64,000 nt of DNA. It comes from Amoebophrya sp. A120 (taxonomy: Eukaryota > Protista > Dinoflagellata). Shown here piece by piece: positions 35,809 through 48,287 of this stretch; positions within the stretch are counted from its first letter, which is position 1; every line of letters begins with the position of its first letter. Under the pieces are notes generated by a model. It ran no database searches, was not told the origin of the DNA, and saw nothing but the letters and a program-made list of their open reading frames with translations. The stretch lies in assembly GCA_905178155.1 (NCBI GenBank), contig CAJINV010000002.1, positions 3,787,838-3,851,837 on the forward strand, read 5' to 3'. Both the position numbers and the translations under genes were made by a program.

Positions 35809-36911
35809 GCCACTTGGGAATTTTCTGAATCTTGGAAACAGATTTGGCATGTGTCGATATAAATCTGATGCGAAGCAGCTCCGTGAAGGCTTTATTCAAG
35901 CGCGTCATTGCAAAAATCTCCAAATTATCCGTCGTGCTGATGAGCTCACACGGATCGGAATCAGTCGTGTTTTGCAATGCGAAGTCTTATCGGGTCGTTT
36001 GGTGCCGCAGAAAGCTAGCAGCATGCCACGCGTCGCTTGCGCTGTGAATCAAGAATTCACAGAGCAAGCGACAGCACGTGGGGCACTCATTATTTGAAAG
36101 TCTCGCATGCAACAGGGAACAAACTCAGGGTTTGGGAATAAATTGCGCAAGAAATAAGTACGAGACACTGAGTTCTTACACATGCTTACTTGTGGTCCTT
36201 TACCAATTGTGCTATGCAAGAGAATGATCGTCATGGCCGATAAAAACTTGGTCCTTTGTTTTGGAAAATTCCCACTTGGCGCTGTCATGCCGTCACTTTT
36301 GGCGGACTCTCTTGTGCGGGCGCGGCTGTTGGAGGTTGTATTACGGGACCAGCCCAGATTCCTGTTGGTGTTGTCGGAGCAGCCAGCTTTCTTACCGGCA
36401 TGGCCCGTCTTAAATGCCTAGAACAATAGATACACTTCTACTTCTTCGACGGTGATTGCGCACTTTTGCAGCTCATATGAATATGATACGGACACCAGAA
36501 TGAAGGAAAGGAAGTTCTCGAGCTCGATGTAAGTTTTACTTTTACTTCGAAACAAACAAGTATTTAATATAATAAAACAAGTATTTCATGGGTTCTTTCC
36601 AGCAGGCCGTATTTATTTTTAAAGCAAGTTGTACACTACCGGTAGCAGTGACTAAGCATTTTTTCAAGTAGCTTCTTTGCGTAGAGGGATTTTTATTGAA
36701 ATAGCGCTAAAGAAAAAAGGTGAGTAATCGCGTTTCCACCTTGCCGCATGTCTACAAACAAACAAACAAGCATTTCATAAAAAAACAAGTATTCAAAACT
36801 AGAATACATCTCACGGAAAAAAAAGGCCCCGTCTTCGGGCGTGATATTTCCGCGCGGCCTACAGGGGCACTTTAAGTATTTATCACCGGAAACTGAGGAA
36901 ACTGATGCTTT

Positions 36912-37234
36912 TATTGAGAGGAAAAATCCCCCTTCCCCATTATTGAAAAGGTATGCTTCCGAAAATTTGCGTTGCTGATTTGAGACCACAAATCACGTCT
37001 GTCTTGCAAGAAGACAAGCGCAGAGGTTTCCGCGCCAATATGGATGCGATTTGGCATGCTCTTGGGCCTAGGCGACAACCGTTTCTAGTGCTAAACAACT
37101 AGACCCAAACTCCCCTACCTAGGCTGAGGATCTGGCTGCGATGCCTTACTGCAATACAGCGCGCATTTGTGTACGGAAATCCAGCGTCAGAGGCTTCGCG
37201 TCGATATGGGGAGGGCGGGTTTTTCCTTATGATA
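36912..37234. mobile_element. Family C element outside any recognised CDS
   Basis: Family C TIRs with GCTTT on both sides. The paralogous empty site near 39910-39930 has a single GCTTT. Confidence 0.9.
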
Positions 37235-38610
37235 GCTTTGCTGACTGCTGTATGCTCGGGCGTGACCAAAGAATGCACTCCGCCGTCCGTAGTTTTTGAA
37301 AATTAAAATTTTGAGTTATGTATTAGCTGCGCTTTATTCTTTCCTAAGGACATTCTAAAGCGACAGCTCCGAACAGAGTACAACATCCATCAAGTGCGGC
37401 GCTTTTGCTTTGTATTTAATACGTGTGTTGTATTTATACGCGGCAGAAGATCACGATAGCACCACCTCCGACGACGAGCTCTAGCCCCATGTCGGGGACC
37501 AGTAGAGCTGCTAGTAGGATTATACTAGTTCGGTTTTGTGAAAAAAAGTACACTGCTCCTGCAAGCACAGGCAGCGGCATCCGCTAGAGTGCAGGATGCA
37601 CGATGAAAGTGGAATCAGGGTTGTAGCCCGCCACAGCCATCGAAAGACCGTTGGAAAATCAAAAATCAACACGACGCTACTAGTAGCGAAGACACATTGA
37701 AAGATGCTGCCACCAGAAACATGTTGGAACAGAGCCCGCCTCCAGAGCGCATTAAGTGGGCCGCCCGCCCCAGTCAGGGAGGCCCGGGCAATCCCTCCAG
37801 GATCCGTGTTCACTTCTTGAGACGTTCGTCGTTGTTGCAAAGCGAATGCGGACGGTAGTTCTGCACACTCTTGCTCGTCACTTGTAATGCACTCCTGGAT
37901 CCGAGCAAAGTCTATCCGTTGTAAATCGATCATACGAGGAAGCACGCGCCTTGGTATGGAGTGAGGTCGTATTCTGGAAAAATCGAAGAACACGCTTCAA
38001 GGTCGGTCGTTGGTAGTCGCGATACATGATCTTGATAGAAGTGTTGTGGAATTTAATTGTCTCCCGTGGAGCTTATGCAATGAGAGGACGCCAGAAGATC
38101 CAGGTCGGTTTGTCATCCCCCGAAGAAGATGTCGGCTTTTGTATTAAGTAGTGCTGTCCGTAGTTTCAAAATATGATGCAGAAGATCATCTTCACGGAAA
38201 AAATTATGTTGACAGAAGTCGAAAGATCCACCTCTTGAAAATTTTTCCGTTCCATCTACCATTACCAGAAAACCCCCCAAATCTTCTCCTCGTAGTCCGG
38301 TAATACGTCGGCAAAGGAAAACCTTTTCTCATCTTCAAAAAAGCAACAGCTTAGCATCTCAGTATTAAAACATCGCAAACAGAAGTCGCAGTATAGAAAA
38401 AAAACGCGTGATATAATCATCGCCACCAACAACTACTTCGAAGTCAGTACTTAATCAAGTAGCTTTAACTTCCTGTTGAAAACTCCTTCCTTCCACCTCC
38501 AAGTTGTTTGCGTAGAACAGCCTTCAGCTCACTTTTACTGAAGACCCCCACAGCGCAGTCCAGATTTGATTGCAACTACGTATTCTAACTCAGCTTTTCT
38601 TTGCAAAAAA

Positions 38611-39108
38611 ATGGTTCGCGCTTCCAGCCTGGTTCTCGTGCTGCAGGCTCTGTCTCTGCAACAGGAAGTGCAGAATGTTTTGGGGCTTCGTTTGCAGATG
38701 GGACCTAGTTCATCTCCGCTCCTCGTCGTAGACGAAAATGGTGACCTGCACCCGCCCACCGGAGCGTCGTCGTCTTCCGGCGGAACAACGCCACCGGCCG
38801 CCGTGGCAGTAACGAATCACACTCCTCCTCCTGCTGAGGCGTCCGGTTCTCTGGCTGATGGGCCCAGTGCCGCTGCCTCTAGCGCTCGCCGGAAAAGTCT
38901 TCCTCCGAGCATGCCCGTGATTCGTGAAGACGGTTCCTTTCATGTTCCGGCTCCTGGTTCTTTTCATGCTCCGGCTCCTGCTTCGGCGCCCCCTCAGATG
39001 TCGATGGAGGCAGGCCCGTCTCGGTGCCGTCAATGTTTGCAAGGCTGCAGGTCTCGGTGCTGTGCGTGCTTGCAGTCGCCCAAAATAGCGGTTGGCGCTT
39101 ACGGATAG
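38611..39108 (+). CDS. Small putative secreted protein, paralogue B (intronless)
   Basis: ATG at 38611; MVRASSLVLVLQALSLQQEVQNVLGLRLQ...RCRQCLQGCRSRCCACL...GAYG. Flanks are homologous to those of 34843-35808. Confidence 0.75.
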   Translation: MVRASSLVLVLQALSLQQEVQNVLGLRLQMGPSSSPLLVVDENGDLHPPTGASSSSGGTTPPAAVAVTNHTPPPAEASGSLADGPSAAASSARRKSLPPSMPVIREDGSFHVPAPGSFHAPAPASAPPQMSMEAGPSRCRQCLQGCRSRCCACLQSPKIAVGAYG

Positions 39109-40019
39109 GCCAGTTGGGAATTTTCTGAGTCGTGGAACCTCGTGGAAACAGATTTCTTGGCATGTGTCGGAATAGATCTGATGCGAAGCACCGTGAAGGC
39201 TTTGAAGCGTGTCGTTGCAATGCTCAGATTCGTTGAGCTGATGAGCTCACTCGGATCAGAAATTAGTTCTACCGGGTTTGGTGCCCCAGAAAGCTAGCAG
39301 CGCCCCACGTGTCGCTTGCTCTGCGAATTATTGTTCAGAGAGCAAGCGACACGTGGGGCGCTCATTTGCAAGTCTCGCAGGCGACAGGGAAAATCTGGGT
39401 TTGGAGAGTTGCGCAAGAAAGTATGACTCACTTAAACTTAGTTGCACGTGCTGACTTGTGGTCCTTCACCAATCGTGCTATGCAACAGAATAGACAACAT
39501 GACCCACAACATGATCCTCCGTTTTGGAAAATTCCCACTTGGCGCTGTGACACCATCGCACACGTCGGATGCGGTGGTCTCGTGGCGGGAGCGTTTTTGA
39601 CGGGAACAGCCCAGGCTTCTGCTGTTGTTACTGGAACAGCCTGTTGCTGCATTGCGGGTGCCCATGGTACCTGCGTACGTCACTGCGGTAACCACGATAG
39701 AAGGTAAAAATCTGTGGTGCGCTAACGCTCTGCAGAGATTGGAGGGCTTCAGCCAGGAGCGTGGAACTAAGTACTTATTTCTGCAGCAGTCGCGTGAACG
39801 GAAATCCCACTTTATTCGGAACTATGTTACTTAGTTTTACATGTGACGCAAGCACTCCCGATGTTGGTGTTTATTTCGTAAGCTGCGGGAGAGCAACTTT
39901 TCACGATGTTGATGCTTTGCTGACTGCTGTATGCTCGGGCGTGACCAAAGAATGCACTCCACCGTCCGTAGTTCATGAAAGACTATTTCCAGTGCGCTTT
40001 TTCTTTTTTTTAAGGACAT

Positions 40020-41493
40020 TATCTGGTAACCAAATGCGTGCGCGCGCGCGCGCAGAGCGCGCGCCGGCCCACGAAGCCGGCGCGCGCGNNNNNNNNNNNN
40101 NNNNNNNNNNNNNNNNNNNNNNNNNNNNNNNNNNNNNNNNNNNNNNNNNNNNNNNNNNNNNNNNNNNNNNNNNNNNNNNNNNNNNNNNNNNNNNNNNNNN
40201 NNNNNNNNNNNNNNNNNNNNNNNNNNNNNNNNNNNNNNNNNNNNNNNNNNNNNNNNNNNNNNNNNNNNNNNNNNNNNNNNNNNNNNNNNNNNNNNNNNNN
40301 NNNNNNNNNNNNNNNNNNNNNNNNNNNNNNNNNNNNNNNNNNNNNNNNNNNNNNNNNNNNNNNNNNNNNNNNNNNNNNNNNNNNNNNNNNNNNNNNNNNN
40401 NNNNNNNNNNNNNNNNNNNNNNNNNNNNNNNNNNNNNNNNNNNNNNNNNNNNNNNNNNNNNNNNNNNNNNNNNNNNNNNNNNNNNNNNNNNNNNNNNNNN
40501 NNNNNNNNNNNNNNNNNNNNNNNNNNNNNNNNNNNNNNNNNNNNNNNNNNNNNNNNNNNNNNNNNNNNNNNNNNNNNNNNNNNNNNNNNNNNNNNNNNNN
40601 NNNNNNNNNNNNNNNNNNNNNNNNNNNNNNNNNNNNNNNNNNNNNNNNNNNNNNNNNNNNNNNNNNNNNNNNNNNNNNNNNNNNNNNNNNNNNNNNNNNN
40701 NNNNNNNNNNNNNNNNNNNNNNNNNNNNNNNNNNNNNNNNNNNNNNNNNNNNNNNNNNNNNNNNNNNNNNNNNNNNNNNNNNNNNNNNNNNNNNNNNNNN
40801 NNNNNNNNNNNNNNNNNNNNNNNNNNNNNNNNNNNNNNNNNNNNNNNNNNNNNNNNNNNNNNNNNNNNNNNNNNNNNNNNNNNNNNNNNNNNNNNNNNNN
40901 NNNNNNNNNNNNNNNNNNNNNNNNNNNNNNNNNNNNNNNNNNNNNNNNNNNNNNNNNNNNNNNNNNNNNNNNNNNNNNNNNNNNNNNNNNNNNNNNNNNN
41001 NNNNNNNNNNNNNNNNNNNNNNNNNNNNNNNNNNAAAAAAAAAACGCATTAGAAGCGGGCGGAGGGATGTCACAAAATCCCTATTTGCCCTGGTTTGTGG
41101 GCACAAATCCTGCACCTCCGCCGCGTCTGAAATGCCCGATTTTGGTGGCCCGGAAGGGTCCGCGGAGATTCGGCCTTCCGCATACCATCTTGGCCAGGCG
41201 GCCAGTTTGTCACGCAGGGGGCTAGAAAGGATGCCCCGCTGCGAAATAGCAGACCGGATTTCGCCTTCAATGCTTATCGCAGGAGCCTGCGGGCCGCCGC
41301 GGGCGACAGTAGTTGTCCGCGGCCCTTTAGGGCCGCGGATTCTAATTAAAAAAAATGGTGGTGGCAGCCGCGCGGCGAAAGCGCGGCCTGCAGGGCCGCG
41401 CGTTCGCCGCGCGGCTGGTTTGGCTTTCGCGCTGGTTTGATTTTCGCGCACGCATTTGGTTACCAATATCGCCCTCCGGGCGCGATCTTCATA
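40020..41493 (+). mobile_element. Helentron/DINE-like non-autonomous element spanning an assembly gap
   Basis: 21-bp perfect IR TGGTAACCAAATGCGTGCGCG (40024-40044 and 41445-41465), then a short hairpin (about 41468-41486). Absent from the paralogous site near 37348-37362; inserted at T^T with no duplication. Confidence 0.7.
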
Positions 41494-43112
41494 TTTAAAA
41501 CGACAGCCCCGAACAGAGTACATCGACATCCATCAAGTGCGGCGCTTTTGCTTTGTACTATTCACGTGTGTTGTATTTATACACGGGGGCAGAAGATGAT
41601 AGCATCGCCGACGACGAGCTCCACCCTCATGTGGTCGGGGAGGACCACTAGTAGAGCTGTTAGCGAGATACTAGTTCGGTAGTTTTGTAAAAAAAAAGCA
41701 CAGTGCTCCTCCCACAGCACAGGCAGCAGCATCCGCTAGAGTGCAGGATGCACGATGAAAGTGGCATCAGGCTTGTACAAGCCGGCCACAGCCATCGAAA
41801 GACCGTTGTATAATCAAAAATCAACACGACGCTACTAGTAGCGAAGACGCATTGATGCTGCCATCAGGAAAATATAGGATCAGAGCCCGGCGGAGCGCCC
41901 TAAGTGGGTCGCCGCCCCCAGTCAGGCGGGAGGCCCGGGCAATTTTTCCAGGAGCCGTGTTCTCATTTCTTGCGACGTTCGTCGCTGTTGCAAGGCGAAT
42001 GCAGACGGTAGTTCTGCACACTCTTGCTCGTCTGTCACTTGTTCATCACCACTGGAGCTGCGAAGCGATTATACGAAAACAAAAACGATCCTTGCCCTGG
42101 CAAATCCTGGGTTTTGCGTGATATCTTGCTTCCCACAATTAATGTTTGTCCGATTGAACAACAAGCTTCACCCTCCGTCGCTGAAGCTGCTGCACCCACA
42201 TGTTAAAAGCTGCACTGACACAAAATGCCTGCGTTGGCAGCGCTGGTGAACTGCTGCTAAAGATCTTTTACAGAGAGGACGGAGGTGGCAGCACGACAGG
42301 CTATACATAGTCAGATCCGAAGGACATCAGCCTCACAGTGGAAATGTTGCATGAAGGACGTTGTAGTTCTGCTGACAAGTAGTGCAGACGTTGTGTGGAT
42401 CTACTTTATTCAGTAGAGAGCGCCGCTCTGATTGCGGCTTCATGGCAGGGCCAATGCCTCGTGCGTTTAGACCTACAACGCAAGTGATAGGACATAGGAG
42501 CTAAGTATGATCCGGAGGTCCTAGTACTTATGATTTGTCCTGAGTTATACGTTCTCGATATTGATAAACGGTGAAGTTGAAAGTTGAAATTCTCACGAAA
42601 CCGATAAAATTTGCTCCTGTGTTGTTGATTTCAAGAGAGCCACTACTTAGGTGGGGGCGTAGTCACAAGAAAACATCACGAGGAGGTAGAGTAAAAAGGT
42701 ATAAAAGTACTATGTTCTTCATCTGTTGATACTGAAACAGTTCTTCTGCTACGCGTGGAGGTTCTGCACCGTGCACAGCTTGATTAGAAGGTCGCAACAG
42801 AAGTACATAGAAGACTACTGGAGATCATTAATGAATGGAACCTCGTGCTGGTGAGGACGAGGTCGTGTTCCTGACCACCACCTATCCGCTCACGACCCGT
42901 CGAGTTATTTTCCAATGAACGCGTCGCCGATGCCCTACTTTTCATGTCGCTCCGAGCACAAGGTACTACATGAAGATAATCATGCGCCGTTCGTCTTTTT
43001 CCACGACAGGATCAAGATGTGCAGCCGGTCCACGACGACCTGAAGAGGAGTTGTGCTACTTCCAGTTCCGATTCTTGTTTTACATTAACGTTACAACCTA
43101 CGGGAAAGAAAA

Positions 43113-46100
43113 ATGAGACCTCCACTGCTGCGGCACTGCAACCTGTTTCCCTTTCGGACAAAAGGGAACAAGCAGACGATTGTTCGTGCTAGTAGATCTG
43201 GAGAAGCAATAGCTGCTGTAGTAGGAGCACTGTTTCGAAGATTTTTTCGAGCAACTTTTTTCGAAATATTGCTACCAGCTCGACCGTCCAGTACTTCTTC
43301 TACCCGCCGCGCAAGAAGTAGGAGTTCTTCTATTGCGAAAAGTTGGTGGAGCAGAGGAAGAGGAAGAACAGCTGCGGCGGCCGGGGAAATATTAAATATC
43401 AGCAATAAAGAACACCGTAGTGGTGGTCCTTTTGTGGTGGGAACATTATGTAGACCACGACGTGGAGGCCGCTGCTTTTGGTCACGCCGAAGAAGTTGCC
43501 CAGCCTCCCGATTAAAGGTTCTTTCTCTTGTAACTCTCCTCCTCTGCTTGTTCGTCCTGCTGCTGCGGGACGAGGGGATTTATTTTAGTACGAGCTTCAG
43601 TTCGTGTTCCACTTCCACGGAGGATGTTCATGTTGCCGATTCGGAGGCAAAGAGCACGTTTTGGGGCGGGACTAGCACGACAAGGGCACGATGTTGTAGT
43701 TCTACTGGTAGTTCTTGTACGACTTCAGCATCTACTTCGCACAGCGTCTTTATGGATGTGTCAGGATCGAAATCGACAAAGTTGCAATGATTTGCCATGC
43801 ATAAAACGCAACCCACAAAGTGCCTGTCTTGCAGAGTAGGCAAGTGAGACAGATTGTAAGCCTGGTGAGGGGTAGAAATGGAGCTGCCAAAGTAGCGTGA
43901 CAAAAGGCGTCGCCCATACCCAAACAGCATGACGAACTGGATTTCGGTTCTGCCCAAATTTGTCATGCGCTAATTGGAAACTGGGTTACAACTGGCATCC
44001 ATTTTATGCATGACAAATCACTTCAACTTTGACGATTTCGATCCTGACAGTTCCATAGTCTTCAACATTTTTGTAAATGTGGTTTACGCCCTGCAGGACC
44101 CCGGTCGCGGCAGAACCATCCGGCGGGAGCTGCGGGATGTTGAAAATGGAACACCAGGAGCAGCAGTAGACACTGCAAATTATGAAATCGTCGAGGACAT
44201 GATCCACGATGCGACTAGTGTTCCAACCGGACGACAGCAGCCGCGTGGGACTGCATCTTCTAGAAGAAGCACCACTTCTGCAGGAGCCCTTGTTTCCAGA
44301 TCTGGTTCGAACGAGGACCAGGAGGTGTTTATTTCGAGCGACGGGCCCGAGCACTCGGATGGGTCTTTATCATCCGGGCGGTTTTTTGCAAACGAGGGCG
44401 GCGAGGTTGTCAGTACAACTACAACTTCCACCGAGAAGATGAACAAGGGGGGCGCGGCTCGAGGGCGGGGGAGGGCTTCTGGCGTTCCTGGTCAAGAACG
44501 CATACTTCATCGAAGCGACCTCCAGCTGGTGCAGGCATCGCGTGCTGTGAAAACAAATAGTGCGCAAGTCGCCACTATCAAATGCAAAAATGTCTGGGTC
44601 TGGAAGATTGGTAGGTTTGTCATGCACATTTTGCATGACTCCTGATGTATGTGATGCATGCCCTAGCATCACAGATTTTGTGAGGGCTTCCTGATGCCTA
44701 TACCGCATGACAAATGCTCTTGCCGTGTAGCAAAACTTGGGCTCTCTTTGCTGCTCATGCAATACAGATTTTTTTAGAATCCAAAATCAGCATGACAAGT
44801 TGGATTCTTCCAGACCCAGACATTTTTACCTTTGATAGCCACGACGACCACTACCACGATCACGTATTTGACCAAGTCAGAAATGTTTCAGACCTACTAC
44901 CTGTTTGGCAACCGGGGCACCGACATGTCCAGGTGTACGGGTTCCGAGAATACGAGGACCGACCTATTACAATGAAAAATGCCCCCACCCCTCACTTGGC
45001 AGCATTTGTATTGCAAACTACCTTTCCAATAGAAACATTTTCCGTCTTGCATATCTCAGCATCACAAATTTTCCATGCTGAATAGCTCGAATTTGTGTTG
45101 CGAAGGGGCCCAACAGCAGCCGGATCTGTTATGCACAAGGCACCTTGCGCAGTCTAGGTTCTGCATCAGAAGCGCTCGCATAATCGATCCTTTTATGCAA
45201 GACAAAAAGCTTTCATTTCGAAACTTTGCATGACAAACTTTTGCAAATTCGAGGGTGGGTGCATAATTTTTCACTGCAATACGACCGCCTCTTTTTTTCG
45301 AAGTCCAACTTTCGTCTCGTTTTCGACGAATCCGCTGGCGACACTTATGGATACCCCAGGGCGGACACTCTGGGCGTGCCCTATCAAAAGGAAAATTCCC
45401 CCCTCCCCATATCAAAACGAAGTTTCTGATGCTGGATTTGCGTACAAAAATCAGATTTGTCTTGCCATGACAAACGTGTATGCTCTAAGCCCAACAACAT
45501 CACAAACCGCCTGCAAAATACGGAACGCTTCCTGGACTTGCCTTCTTGCAAGACAGACAGGATTTGAGGTCACAAATGCGCATCACAAATTTTCGGACGG
45601 ATACGTTTTCGATATGGGGAGGGGCGATTTTTCCTTACGATATGGCCGAGGCGGAATTCACCGACGAATGGTGCGCGACGCACTGCAGCATTGCCAACGA
45701 TCAAGGGGGCACGCCGTGTTACGGATTTTCCATTCATCTGTATGCCAGAGGCAGCATCACTGCAACCATGTGCGAGTTCTGGAACTACGAGCACGCTTTC
45801 TGCGAGTGGGATAAATCCGGGGGCGATAGCAATGGCAACAGCGCCACAGTGGCGATTCGAAAAGATGTCTATGATAAGCCGGGCGCGACCTGGGGGTGGT
45901 CCGAGAACCTCCGGGTGCCCTATTGCCACGACGGACATCATATGCATTGCAAATATCGATCTGGGGTTTGGAAGAATGTAAACTTGTCATGCAGGAGGTT
46001 TTCCAAGACTCATGAGGTCTGCAGTGCGGGTGAACCTAGCGTGACAGACTTTGTGAGGTCTCTGTCATGCCTATCCTGCGGCGGGAGAAACTCTCTCCCA

Positions 46101-48287
46101 ACTTGGTCGAAGGTGGACAGCTTTTCTTGGCACTCATGCAACACAAATTTTTGCATGATCCGGATTTAGTATGACAAGTTTTAATCTTCCAGGAGACCCA
46201 GACATATTTGCAATGCATACACCATGGGTCTACTCCGGACACTAGGATCGAGCTGTTGTCTATCAAATGTAAAAATGTCTGGGTCTGGAAGATTGGAACT
46301 TCTCATGCTGCATTTGGATGTCTAAAAAATTTGTGTTGCATGAGCAGCAAAAGGATTCTAATTTTTGCTACGCGGAGAGGGCCTTTGTCATGCGGAATAG
46401 GCATCAAGAATCCTTCAAAAAACCTGTGATGCTAGGGCATGCATCACAGACATCATGGCGCATGTGTCCCAGTTCGAGAAGGTACCCCCGGAGCGGTAAG
46501 GTACCTCTGGAGAAAGAGAACCCCCCGAAAAGCAACCACCAACATACGAAAAGGACAGGTGGAAACCGCGAAGCGAACAATCTCCGCGCACAAGAGACGC
46601 ACTCGCAGCGCCATACTTTACAAAACGTAGGAAGAGAAGGGGCGCAAGGACAAGAAGCGTCGCTGCGAGCCAAACAGCGCGGAACTTTGGCGTGCGTGAT
46701 TCCTAGCGCGCGCGCGCGCGACTTCGACGCCAGCGGCTCTTGTCGGTCTGTTTATTTGTTTTTGGCGCGCGCGCGCGCGATGCAGTACGACGCAGCACGC
46801 AGCGCATTTGAAGATACTTCTCGAGGCGCGCGCAACGGTAGCGCGCGTCGCACTTTTAAAGCAAGTGAGTGAGGGGCGGACAGGAAGTAGGCGTCACCAT
46901 CTAAAACGACTTCGCTGCGGCATTGCAGGTACCGACCCGAACCGGGGTCGGAGAACATCCGACCCCCGCGTTGGGAACGTACCAGACAGTTTGAGAAGGT
47001 ACCTGCCGGAGAAAATAGGCGCCCCCCCATACGAATGAGGAGCGCCTTTTCGTCATACTAAAGCGCTATTTGTTCTAGCATTTTTAGGCACGGGGCCGGT
47101 TTTGAACTGGGGGTACAATGCTGAACCGGGGACCCGTTTGAACGGCTACACATGCAAACCATGCATGACAAGTCTCTCTCAGAATCTTCCAGACCCAGAC
47201 ATTTTTACAGTTGATATTGTCGCAGACGAAAACCGCCCCGGAGTGCCGCGCGGCTTGCGTACCAAATGCAAATATGTCTTGGTCTGGAAGGTTCCAACTT
47301 GTGATGCTGTTTTTGGATTCAAAAAATATCTGTGTTGCATGAGCAGCAAGAGGAGTCAGCTCTTGGCACGGGGAGAGGGCATTTCTCATGCGTAACTAGC
47401 ATCAAGAAGCTCTCAAAAGATCTGTCATGATAGCACCAGCATCACAGACGTCCCGGGTGATGCAAAATGTGCATGACAAACCCCAACTCTTCCAGACCCA
47501 GACATATTTGCAGTGCATATTGCGAAGCTAACGACCAGTGCGGAGGTGTGTACTTCGTGTTTCCTCACGGGGATTACTGTACACTATGCATTTCGTACAC
47601 AATGTCTGGGTCTCCTGGAAGGTTGCCAGATTTGCCATGCAGGTTTTCCATATAAAGAACCCGTGAGGTCTGCTGGTATGCAGGACATAATTGCATGACA
47701 GATTCTGCGAAATAACCTTTCCAATGCCTATCCTGCATGAGTAGAAACTGCCTCTCGGTTAGGCTACAAAAGTGCACAACTTTTGTCAATCACGCAACAC
47801 AGATTTTTACATGAATGATATAAGATTTAGCATGACAAGCTATGCATTCTTCCAGAGGACCCAGACACTTTTACATTTGATATTCAAACGACGCCGACGA
47901 TATGTACTTTAGCAAATATAATCATGTCAACGGGGAGGCCATCTCTTGGAAAAAATGGAACTTGTAATGTGCTACTTTTGGAGGATCGTAAAAAAGTCTA
48001 TCTATGTTGCTTGAACAGCAAGACGAAAAATGATCCAGTTCTTTCATCTGGACAGTGGAGAGGCGGGCCAGTTTCTTCATGCGGGATAAGTACAAGCATC
48101 AAGAAGAAGCACAACTCAGAAATAAATCTGTGATGGTTATAGAGCATACATCACATCAGACGATATGGGTTATGTAAAATTTGCAAGACAAGTCAGTGGT
48201 CTCATCTCGCAGTAGTCCTCTTCCAGAGGTGGAGGACCCAGACGACATATTTGCGGTTGATACACGTTTATCGAACGCTTGACCCGC
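43113..48287 (+). CDS. Surface protein, N-terminal part (signal/anchor helix, PAN/apple-like Cys modules), interrupted by an assembly gap
   Basis: Hydrophobic VLSLVTLLLCLFVLLL; WCATHCS...PCYGFSIH...CEFW and ECRAAC|EANDQCGGVYF...CT patterns. Elements at 43751-44057, 44576-44837, 44965-45281, 45382-45642, 45941-46219, 46261-47216, 47260-47519, 47585-47882, 47901-48262 and 48288-(interrupted). May be the same gene as the one after the gap. Confidence 0.7.
46465..47150. mobile_element. Putative solo LTR (686 bp) nested in a family A introner
   Basis: TGT...ACA termini with a 4-bp duplication CATG (46461-46464 and 47151-47154). The host element sequence resumes exactly afterwards. Confidence 0.7.

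Larger units (their letters stand above)
34681..42040 (+). repeat. Diverged tandem segmental duplication (about 34681-37885 vs about 38486-42040)
   Basis: Homologous upstream sequence (CTTCCTTCCACCTCCAAGT...), CDS and downstream blocks, with different mobile-element insertions in each copy. Confidence 0.85.

Noticed and set aside
37520-37993. 157-aa minus-strand ORF in the duplicated segment
   Set aside because: It has no recognisable motif, and the paralogous region near 41650-42020 does not keep the frame.
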